Assembly: GCA_044892525.1 (NCBI GenBank) | Contig: CM097887.1 | Coordinates: forward strand, 127,884,397 to 127,948,396 | DNA: 64,000 nt | Direction: 5' to 3' | Source of the DNA: Schmidtea polychroa | Lineage: Eukaryota | In this document: piece by piece, positions 12,501 through 24,849 of the stretch | Layout of the letters: each line of letters opens with the position of its first letter | How positions within the stretch are numbered: position 1 is the stretch's first letter | Made by a program: the position numbers and the translations under genes | Notes under the pieces: model-generated | What the model was told of the DNA's origin: nothing | The model's database searches: none | Seen by the model: only the letters and a program-made list of their open reading frames with translations

Positions 12501-15500
12501 TTTGCTTCTGCGATTTTGAAACCAAACCTAATTTAAAGTTATTTTAAACANNNNNNNNNNNNNNNNNNNNNNNNNNNNNNNNNNNNNNNNNNNNNNNNNN
12601 NNNNNNNNNNNNNNNNNNNNNNNNNNNNNNNNNNNNNNNNNNNNNNNNNNNNNNNNNNNNNNNNNNNNNNNNNNNNNNNNNNNNNNNNNNNNNNNNNNNN
12701 NNNNNNNNNNNNNNNNNNNNNNNNNNNNNNNNNTATTTGCAGAGTTAATTTTTTTCAAGAAAACCTTCCATATCAAGTTTAGTAGTATTCAAATAGATGG
12801 AGTTATTGAACAATAAATGACAAAACAAATATTTCTCATAACAAACAAATCTGGTACTTTGAGTAAAACAAGACCTGAAACCGGTAAATCGAGAAACGAA
12901 ATAATATTGAAACAACTGCTTCGAATAATATGTAGACAGCTGGCGAATGAATTTTCAGGTCTAAAATTTCCAGCAGCTAACACAAATCGACGAAAAGAAT
13001 CCGTTTTTATAAATTTCGTTTGTCTAGATTAAATTTAAAAGTAAGCGAAAAATCCATAAAAATTACGAAGAATTGTTTTAATTAGACATAAAAACGTAAG
13101 TAAAATCTTCATAATAATAGTATTCATAGTGATAATCAATATAGCAATAATATAACAAAATATTGTGTCATTCTGGCATTGATTTATTACATTTCCCAGA
13201 TGCATTTAAACAATGAAATTTTTTTTCTTTAAAATAAAAACTAATTTAAAAGATATTTCAAGAGAAAAAGTTGTTTTGTTAATTAATGTTTTATTGTGAC
13301 GTTTTTTTTAAAAAAAAATTTAATTAATAATTAATTTTATCCGAATATTTTGTTTAAATACTCAACAATGATTAAGAAATTGAAATTGCCTCCAATTGCG
13401 TGAGTGAAAGAAGTAAACTAACGATTTTGTAAGTAAAGAGCATATTAGTTAAAATTCTCTTCAACTTGAATGGAAATTGATATTGTGAAATTCGAGATAG
13501 TGTAAACTGAACTTGCGTCCACCTAGCACAACAAACAAATCCTCCAGCCACAAACAAAAGGTAACTGGTTGTTAGACGATATCAAAATATATTTTATTCC
13601 TTTCTTTGTTATACTAAGCTTGTTGGAGTCCTGGCTGTTGTTGTAGTTGTTGTTGTAGAAATCTGGTAATAGTGCCAGCTGTTGGTAGTACATTATTAAG
13701 TTGCATTTTTAATAAATGAATATTTTTAGATAATTTGTTTTATTGCATAGATAAAATAAATTTCGATTAAAGAAAAAATTAGCAAAAAATATTTGCAATA
13801 TTTTTTATATTAAAATATATTGATATGTACAATATGTTTTATTACTACAGAATTTGACTAAATAAACATTTTAAAATTATTAATTGTATTGTATTTTAAA
13901 TTGTTTTTCGTGACAAATGTANNNNNNNNNNNNNNNNNNNNNNNNNNNNNNNNNNNNNNNNNNNNNNNNNNNNNNNNNNNNNNNNNNNNNNNNNNNNNNN
14001 NNNNNNNNNNNNNNNNNNNNNNNNNNNNNNNNNNNNNNNNNNNNNNNNNNNNNNNNNNNNNNNNNNNNNNTTTGTTGTTTGTCTTTTTTGTTGCTGATGA
14101 TTTTTTATTGAAGTTTAATAATATTTTTTTTACTCAAAAACAGAATCATATACACCCAGAGGTCAACTCAATCTGGAAAAATGATTAAAATTGGTGGCGA
14201 AATTTCATTCATATGTGGATTTATATTTAATGAATATTAAATGAGATTTCTGTAGGCCGATTCGGTAGTGGGATTAATGACGGAATTTCGATGAAAATTG
14301 AAGCTTAATGCCTGTAACAATATGAGTGTGTTTATCCGCATCAGTAAGATTGGCAAAAAATGACAGCGAGATTACTCGAGTAAGCATGACTGAATGCATA
14401 TATAAATTCTATAAATTTTTCTTCTATAATTTTTTCCCTGTTTTTATTTTTGTTGTTTAAGTTTGATCTCATCTTGTTGCGAGATATTCTCTTGAGAATT
14501 TCAGTAGAAACTGTGCTCTTTGACAACCAACTCATTTGGGATAAGTTGGACTATACATAGCCACTTCAATTGCCAGACTTGATAACTAAAAACACATGCT
14601 TAACAGGCATTACTGGCATCTCGTAAAAAAACTACTATTTATCATTTATTGACCGCTACGTTGAAAGAAAATTAGAAATTAACATAAAATTAAAATCCAT
14701 CTTGTAAAAATTTGCATATAATTTTTTTTTATGAATATAGTAGATTAACAATTGACGTATTAAAAGTGATGACGTTTATAAATTTGTGTTGGTTTTGTTC
14801 GAAATTTTATTATTTCAATTTATTTCTTACTTGAATTACTCTCATTGTCAATCCAGTATCTTGTGCAAGTTGTTCTCGAACATGTCTTGTTGGTTTGGGT
14901 GTTGCGGAAAATGCTGCTTTCAAAGTGTCGAGTTGTTTTGCTTTGATTGTAGTACGGGGACCTCGCCGTTTTGTTCCACTATTTCCTGATTGGGCACCTT
15001 CTCTCGATTCTGTATGACACACGGACTGTTGATCATCTGAATATTTGTATTGAAATTCAGTTTGTAATTTCATTTTAATTACCTTGAAAGCTTTGTTCTG
15101 ATCCATTACCATCGTTCAAATCTTGTTCTTCTTCTTTGATTCCACATTCCGGAGACGAGGCCGCGGAAAAAGATGATTTTAAATCATCTTCTAAACTACA
15201 CAGTTCGGGTTCTTTATCAAAAGAGCTAGAGGTTCTTGGTAATTTCTCATTTTGTTCGGGTGTCAGCAACTGACTATCAACGGGATGGCTTTCATTTGGG
15301 TTTCCTTTGATTCCTATGAAATCGTTGTATTGTTGAGTGGAAGTTAAATCATTCCGATTTTCGGAAAATCGGCGTTCATCTGAGTTATTAGTATTTGAAT
15401 TATTATTTCCGTTAGTATTAGAATTGATATCATTTGTGGTATCTTGGCAAGAATTTGAGTTGGAATCATTGGAAATGCGATTCAGACAGGTCTGTTGGTA

Positions 15501-17841
15501 GGTTGATATATCTGTGAATGGGAATTTCGAATGGGGCTTATGTATATTTGTTGGACTGTGATTTTTCGTGAGAATGTTGAAGTTTTCATTTCGTGCCGTT
15601 TCTAGATCTATTCGAACAAAGTTTTATTAGGATTATTTGTATTAATATTCTTTAAAAAATCTGTTTTGGTTTCAATTGAAATTAAATGAAATATTTTCTT
15701 ATTACCTTAATATAATATTTGTGAAAAAAATTTTTAAAAATATAGTTGATAAAATGCCAGTAAGAATAGATATGGAAACTTTGAAAAGTCTCTGTCATCT
15801 AGACTTTAAGAAATGACAGTGATCTTACAGAATTGAGGAAAATTTCCACGCTTCAATGGATTAAACTGACGGCTGCATAAGTAAGTTGGCAAGAATTGTA
15901 GAATAGTCGGTAAATTGTATGTGAATTGTAGTAAGACTGTCAGGCGGTCTGCTGAAGCAGATGGAGTTTATTTTTATGTTATGACAAAAAAGTAAAATCA
16001 ATATAATGAAAACAATAAAACAAATATTTGTGTTTTTTTTGGTAAAAATTTCATAATTATTTTTATTGTCGAATGTTTTCTGCAACTTTAGAAAATAAGC
16101 GGAGAACTAGTTAAAGTGAGAAAAAAATTATTGAAGTAGAAATATGGAATATTATTTGAACTGGTTTAATAGCCATTGAACATTTTCAATGGGCTTACTA
16201 GAAATTTTGTTTTTAAAAAACAACATATTCCGCATTCAATATATATCAGTAACGTACCCAGTTTTTTCCTCTGCTCATGAAAGTACTCGAAAATCCAGAT
16301 GTAGTCTAAAGTGTTAAAGTCTATTGAAAATTCAACTATTGAAATAAAAATTCTATTCAATTCTACACTTGGCTGTCATGAGAAAATATTTTTAGTTCAG
16401 CTGTTTTAAAATTTATGGTGCAATTTTAAACAGACAATATTCCAAACCAAACCACCCACCTTTTTATTGGTTTTTATCGATAGAATTTTTTTTTAATATT
16501 TGACGAAAATAATGTTTGAATAATGGATTTTTTTCTCAACAGAAATAAAAAATTTAAAAAAATGAATTTAATTTCAAACTTCCAGTTTAAACAATTATAG
16601 AAATCGTTAATGATCGTTTATGGTCCGAATATTTTCTGGCGCTCACTGAACCCTGAGACGTAATTGAGGAATTAAGCTATCATTTCAGTTCCGCTTATTA
16701 TTAAACGAATAATCACTTAAATTAAAACTCAGTTTTATAATTGTTTTCATTTATTAAAACAAAAATTCAGAATTATATTTTTAGTTATAGATTTATGAAT
16801 CGTATTATACAATGTATATTATTTGTAAATTTTAAAAAACAAATGATTTCGACAATAGATAATTTAGAGAATCCTACACTTTTATTGTTAGATTTGTAAC
16901 AAAATATTATGAGAATCTGTTGTTGAATCGTAACACAAAAGTTTGGAATAAACGCATTAAAAATATAGAATTTCATATGTTTTAATTGCCAGTAACTGAA
17001 CAATAATAAAATGCGGCTTAAGTTTTGAAATGTTATATTGAATGGGCATCATTAAAACAAAATTTTATTTTCGGTAATATAAAATTAACGATAATAATTA
17101 TAATTAATCAATTTTTTAAAATCTGCGATCAAATTAATAAAAAGAATTTTAAAAAATAAATAAATAAATTTTGTTTAATTACCAGGTTTAGAAGTATTTG
17201 AAAGTATCATCAAATCTTTTTGATTGGAAATTAAGGGCTCATCTTTAATTGTTTCATTGTTGATTTTGTTTGAGTCGTGTTTGCAATTTTGTGGTAAAAT
17301 ATTCGACATTTCTTTGAAAATATGTTGGAAATCTTCTCGGCAAACCGGTCGGAAATTTTCCAGCAAACAATATTCATCTCCAGTTGATAATTGTTTGTGG
17401 CAAACGACACAGAAAAAGCATTTCAGGTGGAACACCGATGAATCTCTACTGTGACGAACTAAATCTGTGGGTAAAATTATGTTGAGGCACAGAGAACATT
17501 TTGTTGATACTCTCCTAAAGGAGTCAATCGATTAATAAATCGTTATCGGAATTTAAACGAACTTACTTTCGATAGTCTTTTGAACAAAAGAGTTTACCAT
17601 CTCGTTCAAAACACCTTTCCGACAAAGGAATATCACAATCTGCACAACGCAAACATTGAACATGCCAGAATTTGTCAGCAATATTGTGTAGATAACGATC
17701 AATAATCGGTCGATTGCAACTTGTGCAAGTTGGCACAGGATTAATGAAAGGTTTATTGAAATTATTGATTGATGAGGTTAATTTGACAGGGATTGGTGAA
17801 TTCAACAAATGGTTTTTGATATTGTTATTTGAGTCTTTCAT
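3830..17841 (-). CDS. lhx1/5: LIM-homeobox transcription factor, Lhx1/5 (Lim1/lin-11) class. Exons on the minus strand: 17841-17567, 17514-17183, 15607-15083, 15036-14831, 12527-12333, 12278 to the gap at ~12062, and probably 4071-3830.
   Basis: LIM1 ([34 protein letters not shown]) and LIM2 ([25 protein letters not shown]) are present. The homeodomain [47 protein letters not shown]|[17 protein letters not shown] is diagnostic of Lhx1/5. GT-AG introns of 52, 1575, 46, 2303 and 54 nt keep the frame (1338 and 1533 nt cumulative at the phase-0 junctions). The terminal exon is inferred; see findings. Confidence 0.95.
4380..5040 (+). mobile_element. decayed L2/CR1-group LINE, RT C-terminal region
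   Basis: Frameshifted motifs [21 protein letters not shown] and [14 protein letters not shown] correspond to the L2-type NSLLxGxP / QNAAARLV / LHWLPVxxRIxFK; GC-richer than the flanks. Confidence 0.6.
6239..6918 (+). mobile_element. Penelope-like retroelement (PLE), 5'-truncated copy A: GIY-YIG endonuclease, AT-rich tail and hammerhead
   Basis: ORF 6253-6660 contains [28 protein letters not shown]...[15 protein letters not shown] (PLE GIY-YIG with CCHH). It is flanked by the identical 16-mer TTATAAAAATAAAATT at 6223-6238 and 6915-6930. Confidence 0.92.
6851..6889 (+). ncRNA. minimal type I hammerhead ribozyme (PLE copy A)
   Basis: CAC-CTGATGA-T-GACAG(GAAAA)CTGTC-GAAA-TTAA-TC-GTG: complete catalytic core, 5-bp stem II, palindromic stem III ATTAAT, AUC cleavage triplet (after C6886), 3-bp stem I. 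Confidence 0.88.
9358..9727. mobile_element. hAT MITE (370 bp), Buster/Charlie type
   Basis: TIRs CAGGGGTTTCAAAC / GTTTGAGACCCCTG; exact 8-bp TSD ATCTAAAT (9350-9357, 9728-9735); internal (AAT)n. Confidence 0.92.
9530..9592. repeat. (AAT)n microsatellite
   Basis: About 20 perfect AAT units inside the hAT MITE. Confidence 0.95.
9844..9910. repeat. 19-bp minisatellite, ~3.5 copies
   Basis: Unit AATATTATATATTATTAGT repeated in tandem. Confidence 0.9.
10560..11400 (+). mobile_element. possible decayed LTR-retrotransposon gag-protease region
   Basis: GC-richer, multi-stop frames with weak resemblance to a Gypsy gag knuckle ([10 protein letters not shown]) and retropepsin (IIDSR...EVANFTI...[14 protein letters not shown]); CAG-rich low-complexity middle. 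Confidence 0.3.
12062..12278 (-). CDS. lhx1/5: lhx1/5 coding exon 6 (runs into an assembly gap)
   Basis: Acceptor ttttag|GACTTT; open frame [31 protein letters not shown]...; the 3' end is hidden in the N-run 11834-12061. Confidence 0.8.
12333..12527 (-). CDS. lhx1/5: lhx1/5 coding exon 5 (WFQN helix and downstream)
   Basis: Acceptor attag|GTTTGGTTTCAAAATCGCAGA = [26 protein letters not shown]; donor CCA|gtaaga. Confidence 0.97.
14831..15036 (-). CDS. lhx1/5: lhx1/5 coding exon 4 (homeodomain up to helix 3)
   Basis: Acceptor ttcag|AT; translation [14 protein letters not shown]...MRVIQ; donor CAA|gtaaga. Confidence 0.97.
15083..15607 (-). CDS. lhx1/5: lhx1/5 coding exon 3 (Asn/Ser-rich linker)
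   Basis: Acceptor aatag|ATCTAGAA (phase 1); 525 nt with no stop; donor CAAG|gtaatt into a 46-nt intron. Confidence 0.85.
17183..17514 (-). CDS. lhx1/5: lhx1/5 coding exon 2 (LIM domain 2)
   Basis: Acceptor ctttag|GAGAGTA; translation [35 protein letters not shown]; donor CCTG|gtaatt. Confidence 0.92.
17567..17841 (-). CDS. lhx1/5: lhx1/5 coding exon 1 (LIM domain 1)
   Basis: ATG AAA GAC at 17841; an in-frame TGA lies upstream at 17889-17887; donor AA|gtaagt at 17566. Confidence 0.9.
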
Positions 17842-18184
17842 AGCTGGATTATCAGGCGGAGTATGCACCAGTTTAAACAAACAAAATCACTGATATAGCA
17901 AATGCCACGAGACGAAAGTGTTGTGAAAACAAATTTCGAATGTAAAAGGTCAATAGTTGAGCAAAATTAGTAAGCAAATAGAAACATCATATTTGCGTCT
18001 TAAGGTAAAGAATATTTTTAACCAGAATAAAATATATGGATAAAGTTGAATTACTGTTTCGTTGATTGATAGATATTTTTATTTGAGATTATTAATTCCG
18101 ATTTCAGGAATTTTGGTTTGATAAAAAAAATTGTGTTGATTAATACGAATATTGAAGTAAATAAATTTCGGCTAACAATAAAAT

Positions 18185-18240
18185 CGTCGCCTATTGGCTG
18201 ACGCCCGAATTCCGGACAAACCAATAGGAAATCAGTTTCA
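18185..18240 (-). promoter_or_regulatory. candidate lhx1/5 proximal promoter with two oppositely oriented CCAAT (NF-Y) boxes
   Basis: ctATTGGctgacgcccg...aaCCAATag in a GC-richer island ~350 nt upstream of the ATG. Confidence 0.4.
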
Positions 18241-18664
18241 ACTTGACGGTAAAGAAAAATTAGATTTTCGATCAATAACAATTTTCATGTAATGTTCACA
18301 ATTTATATTAATTTTATTTATTAAGAATTATAAGTATTTTGAATTGTTTTTTATAAAAGATAAAATTGAGGATTTACTAACAATAAACTATTTATAATAA
18401 AATTATATTTAGAAGTTTTTACTTTAGTTAATAGAAAAATTATTACATATTTTGTTTCATCGATTTTGTTTCTATTGAATTAATCTTTAGTATTCTATTT
18501 TAATAAATTTTAATAAATTAATGATTTATTTTTAAAATTTTGGCGGAAAGAAAACAATTTTTTTTAAAGTTCCCATTGATTTGTTTGAGTCATTCTAGTC
18601 TTTTTAAATGTTAAGTTTGTAAGGAGAAGGTTCTTATATTCTGTGAATGTTAAACAAATAAATA

Positions 18665-20331
18665 CAGTGCACTCTCGATTATCCGAGCTAATGCTGGGAG
18701 GATGGTCACGGATAATTGAAAAACACGGATAATCAGAATCATCAAATTTTTATTTTATTTTCAAATATAATATCATATACACAACACAAATTTTTAACAC
18801 ATTATTTTTATATTCATTATTTATCAAGAAAACACAAACAAATAAGTAAAAATATAATATTTTATCATATATACGAACATAAAAATATAAAAAAAGTTTT
18901 GATATTTTTTTGAGAATTTTTTACGAGTTTCTTATTTTACTTCGAAATATTCTTAAAGTTATTACATTATTAAATCTGTTTCTATGTCAGAAAGAATCTT
19001 TCTCCGTGATCGAACGAGTGTTACTGGCTTTACTTTTGACCGAGATTGTGTTATGTCATGTACTGCAACCAATACCCTCATTTTTTCCCAAAAATTAATC
19101 AGATTATCATCTTCCTCAACAAGAGTTTTCAGAAGTTTTTGACTATAAAGACGTTTCATTGATAATATAACACCTTGGTCCATGGATTGAATCAGTGATG
19201 TAAGATAAGGGGGCAAATATTTTGTAATCATCGTTTATCTTCAATATACTTTCATTCGGATGGGAGGAGCATTATCTAATAACAAAACTGTTTCTGTAGT
19301 AATCCATTATTTTTCAAAAATAATTGCACCTCTGGAACCCATTTTTTTGAACCAATCTTCGAAAATTTCCCTGTCCATCCATGCCCCTTTCTGACTATAA
19401 TAATCAACGAAAAGATTTTTTATTTCAGTTCCTTTAAATGATCGTGGTTTATTTACTTTTCCAATAAACAAAAGTTTCCTTTTATGAGTTGTGTGCATTT
19501 CCACAACACATAACAGTTATTCTTTCTTTAGACGACTTTATGTCCAGGAGTGGACTTTTCTCTCATCATTGTTGGTAAGCAATTCTAGTACAAGCCAGTT
19601 TCATCTGCATTAAAATTTGATCAGGTTGCAAATTTTCTTTTTGTAAATATTCTTGAAATTCGAAACAGAATTCGTCAGCAGCTTCAGCATTTGAACTGAA
19701 ACGTTCTCCCTGAATCGTAATCTTTCGAATCCTGTGTCGCTGTTTGAACCTCGTTATCCAGAATGATGAGTCGTTGAAACTTTCTTTAATTCCTAGATTC
19801 TCATGAAATGTCTTCGCTGCTTTGATGCACATTTGACCGCTAATTGGTATTCCCTCTGCTCCTTATTAGCATGGCTGCATCCAAATCTTCGAATGTCGAA
19901 GTTTTCATAATCTTTCTTTTCAAAGGACCTGCAGAACTATTACAATCTCTAGCAAACGCCTCTAACTTATTTTTCTGTTTGACTATATCTCGAACAGTTT
20001 GAATACCAATTCCATATTCTTCGGAAATTTTTTGATGTGGATTATCCTTTTCCGAATCTCTCAATTAACTTAAGTTTATGTTTTATCATGAGTACAATTT
20101 TCTTTCTCCATTTTCAAACGGTACAGATATGTAGAGCTAAAATATGAATTTTTGAGATTATATATAACAAGAAAAATAATTTCTTTCAAACTTCGCGCTA
20201 ATTCAAGATCGAAATTCATTGATGCGACTTATAATCGTAATAGAAAAAAATCAATCAAATTAAATTAGAATTAAAAAATGTATATTTATCCTCAAACCGG
20301 ATAATCCATGCACGGATAATAGAGGACACTG
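18665..20331 (-). mobile_element. Tigger/pogo (jerky/TIGD-like) DNA transposon with a frameshifted transposase
   Basis: TA-flanked TIRs CAGTGCACTCTCGATTATCCG / CGGATAATAGAGGACACTG and repeated CGGATAAT subterminal motifs. ORF fragments show CENP-B HTHs (ISEEYGIGIQTVRDIVK, WITRFKQRHRI) and DDE-1 motifs (KGAWMDREIFEDWF, LPPYLTSLIQSMDQGVI). Confidence 0.93.
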
Positions 20332-20960
20332 TACTCACAAAAGTCTAATTATGAACAATTAAAAGATGCATTATTACAATTACCTTAAAGTCTCATAGAT
20401 AATACAAACCTCGAGATTTAGAATAAAATATACTTTTTTTCATTAGCTCGCACCCTCTAATTTTTGAAAAATATCTATGAAAATTTAGAATAATATAATA
20501 CATATAAATTAAACAATCAAGATTCCAAATAGAATTTACTTTCTCTAATAATGTTATGTTTTATTAAAATCTTTTATTTTGCTGATCGCTGTGGCTTGTT
20601 TATGGTTTATGCACTCGAATATTGAGGTGAGATCTTATTTGATATGATTACCCGTAGATCGTTTTATCGGGTAATTTATGAACAACCAATTAATTTGTTC
20701 CGATAAATAAACGTTTACTTATCACAGTTTCTTTATGGATTACTCTGGTTTTAAATATTTAAAAATATAAAAACCTACCTCAAATTGGATTTTGGATCAG
20801 AAACTTAATATATCTTTTTTAGCATCAAATGAATTGACAGAGTCTACGGACCTTGCCTGGAATCTCCAATGTTTTTACAGTATTACTAGTTAATATTACA
20901 GTTTAAGATTCAAATATTCAGAAAACTAAATAGAAAAGCTCATATTTAAATAAATCGTTA

Positions 20961-21160
20961 CCGTAGATACTCGAGTATAACGCGAAAGATAGAAATTTAT
21001 ATCAGAAATGGACGAAAAGTTCAAGACGTGAATATAACTCGAAGGACAAAAACCATTTCAGTACATAAAACTTACAATTTTATATTTACAGTGTCTCGAA
21101 TATAACGAGACCCACAAGTTTTATCCAATTTTGTTTCACAAAAACCTCGAATATCTACGG
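20961..21160. mobile_element. Tc1/mariner-superfamily (pogo-like) MITE, 200 bp
   Basis: TIRs CCGTAGATACTCGAG / CTCGAATATCTACGG with TA on both sides. Confidence 0.85.
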
Positions 21161-21353
21161 TAATTTAGTTAACATTCTGAAGTCTCGACTCGGAATTTCA
21201 ATAGTAAAGTGCTTGGTAGTGTAATACACGAAACGGACTACAGAATCCTCAGTGGGGAGAACTGTCAGGAATTTAGAAGGTGTATTGAAAAATTCAGATG
21301 GAGAACAACTTGAAATAGATCGAATAATAAATGTCCAAAAGTATATTTATTAA

Positions 21354-21955
21354 CCCTTTGAATACCGGCGTGACTTATGGGTCCAAAGCGATTTTCTCCA
21401 AAAGTATAAGGCATAAAAATCAAAAATATTTACAATATTATTTAGAACTTATAATAACGAACATTTTGAGATATAGATGAAATTTTTATCATATTCAGAT
21501 CGTCAGATAATTGAGTTACAATTTTAAAAACAGGCCCTTGAAAGTGAAATAGAACATTGAAGTTGAAGGAAAAATTTCATGAAACATAAATTGTTTGATA
21601 GAACAACTATCGATCATATATGGGTAGAAAAACTTCATAGAAAATCTAAGTAGAACCTGAGTATTTTTCAAAATATTAAAACCTACTTTTGAAAAATTTT
21701 GAATTTTTTTCTTAAACATTTGAATAATTTAGAAATCTCTGAACCAAATTTGCAAACGTCTACGATGCTTCATCTTTACAAGATGAAAAATACAAAATTA
21801 GCTTTTAGAACTTTTCTAGAAAATTTTAGAATGTTCTAGAAGAAAAAATTTGATATAAATAGCAGTCAATAAATCATTTATTAAAATGTGAACGACGTGA
21901 TGTTGGCTTGTGCATTCGCACTTGTTTCAAATCTTATCACACAAATCTTGCTTAA
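21354..21955 (+). mobile_element. piggyBac remnant: left end and transposase C-terminal Cys-rich domain
   Basis: TTAA|CCCTTTGAATACCGG at 21350; 21884-21955 translates KCERRDVGLCIRTCFKSYHTNLA*, matching the piggyBac CxxCxVxLCxxxCFxxYH motif. The right TIR was not identified. Confidence 0.55.
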
Positions 21956-24849
21956 TAATATTATATCAATCATATTCAACCAACTATTTTAGAAATTTTT
22001 CAAAAAAAAACAATTTTTCAAATTTTTTAAATGTGTAAAATGATTATCATGAAATAAATTTACTTTGGTTGAAAAAAAAATTCAGGACGGAAAGGATAAT
22101 TGAATAAAAATATAAATATCTTCCTTGTTTTATAATGAAATATTATTATTAACTAATAATCAACCGAGTTTCATTAATTCTTTAAATAAAAAAAGGTAAG
22201 TAAATCAAAATTGACAAAGCAGCAACAAAACTGATTAATATTTTTTAATAGTGATTGAAAAGAAATCATTTTTAGGAGTAAAAAATTTCAATCTGGACCA
22301 TTCGGTTTGTAACTCTTAGATTATGCATGACTTGACCACACAACCTTTGAAAAATCAAACAAAATTTCCCAGGTGAAATACTAAGGACTTTAGTAAAAGT
22401 TGGGGTTAATCTACTGAAACCGAATTATTGGAAGACTTATTAGTGACATTTCTCGAAGATAGCAGAAAAATAAAATTCCATTTTTAGAAAGAAAACGTAT
22501 CTATAAGATACATGTATCAAAACAACATATGAATTGGTTTTGAGAGAAAAAAATTATTCTGTTAATTGAATAGCCTCTCGTGTTTTCCAATTGAAACCCT
22601 TTTGGACATACTTTCTTCATATGTTTATAAAATAGCCATCCGATTAATACACCTACATCTCAAACTCTCTCTGACTAAGATTGTACACAAAAACACAAAA
22701 AGACCCCCCAAAATATTAAACTGAAATTAATATAAATGTTTAAATAAATTTTACATATTTTTATAAAGTATAAAATTATAAAAATGTTTTTTTCTTTTGT
22801 TCCATATCCTTATTGTCCATTCTGACATATTTCTAACATATTGTCGTTAATTTCCCTTTATTCTTTTTACGTGTTTCTTTACGTTTCGTTAAAAAATATT
22901 CGAAGATTCTTCATCATCTTTAAACTTAGTAAATAATAAATACAAATTTCGAAATAAGACTTTGATAACTTATTGGTTCTAATGAACATTTATATGAACC
23001 CTTATGGTAATCAGACTTCTAACATTCATGAACGATTCTCACTATCAATATACATCGTTTTTATCTTTCTTGTTGTTTTGTTGGCTAATTTAACAATCCA
23101 TTCAGATTGTTCTTGCGACTTTCAACGTATATATGAATTAATTAAAACAACTGAAAATATTTACTTTTAAAACAAAAACATATTGCAATTTTATTTAAAC
23201 AAACCTCGATTAAAAAATTCTTTAAATTTTAATGAAACAAACCCGAATGATCCATAAAAAGCATAAATCAAAAGCATAAATACACAAGTGTTGAATACCA
23301 CATGACAATTTCAATTAAGCATTCGTGTCATTCGATCAACTCAACCAAACATTTCCAGTCGCATATTTATCTATTTAAACAAAAAAAGCCAGTGACTTCA
23401 ATATGTCAAAACCAACAGTTTTTTCAATCGCCACGTCTCTTGTTTTGATAATTTCGCGACTTCTTTTTTTTGTGCCAAACTTTACTAAATGTGCCAGTTC
23501 AATAGATTTTATCGAAGGGAAACAGAACTGATAGTTGTTGGATTTTTATTTACACCATTTATATTTACAAAATATTACTCAAGATTTTAGAAAAAAAATT
23601 TATTTCAGCACAAAAAAAGAAAAAAAATATTGATTTGATTTTAGAATATTTTTCTTTTCTATATCAATTAATTTGACAATTACAATTGGTTATTATTTGG
23701 CGGTTTTAGCAGGGGCATAATAATATTACAGGATACTTTTTATTCGATGTTAAATTATCAGCAACGAAATAAATCCAATTAATACTAATCGAAACAGAAT
23801 GTTTATTGCAATAAGAGCTGTGCAAATCTGATTTGTTTGAAAGTGTTTCTGGCTGACATTTGTTGTGTTAAATTTTATTTATTAATATCTATCGCATTTC
23901 GAATAATATATATTCTTNNNNNNNNNNNNNNNNNNNNNNNNNNNNNNNNNNNNNNNNNNNNNNNNNNNNNNNNNNNNNNNNNNNNNNNNNNNNNNNNNNN
24001 NNNNNNNNNNNNNNNNNNNNNNNNNNNNNNNNNNNNNNNNNNNNNNNNNNNNNNNNNNNNNNNNNNNNNNNNNNNNNNNNNNNNNNNNNNNNNNNNNNNN
24101 NNNNNNNNNNNNNNNNNNNNNNNNNNNNNNNNNNNNNNNNNNNNNNNNNNNNNNNNNNNNNNNNNNNNNNNNNNNNNNNNNNNNNNNNNNNNNNNNNNNN
24201 NNNNNNNNNNNNNNNNNNNNNNNNNNNNNNNNTGCATAGAAGAATGACTGCTTTCGTGTTTAAAACAAATTAAATAGGATCATAGAAGAATAATGTTTAA
24301 ATAAATGTTGATTTAGAGCTTAACTGTGTTACAAATTGGAAACTTTAAATTCAAATGACTTAATAGAGAACTTTTCTAATGCAGCAACAATTTTAATTTG
24401 GTTATGAAACGGTTTTATCGTTTAAATGTTTGTCCTTGATGTTTGTTTATTAAACTTCTTATTAAAGATTCAATACTTTATTTTTTCGCAATTTTTTCTT
24501 GAAGAAATATAAGACAACCAGTAGCGATCAAGAATTGGGTGGGGGATAACGATAAATATTACAAATGAAGTTATAATTAAGTTATAATAATTAAAAATTA
24601 ATATTATAAGAAAAAAAACTTAAAAAACTTGAATATGATTTTGATCTTGATCACTTGAAAAAGGCTGCCCAAAAATTCGTGAATATCAAAAAAAGCATCG
24701 ATATCCTTACTGATTCACAGTCAAGTTTTTTAATAAATATAAAAATTAATAAGTTATAATAATACATTTGTTTATATAATTTATTGTTATACAATGAAAT
24801 TTACCCTTTCTGAAAAAGAGGCTCATGTTTGAATTTCAAAATTACTTTG

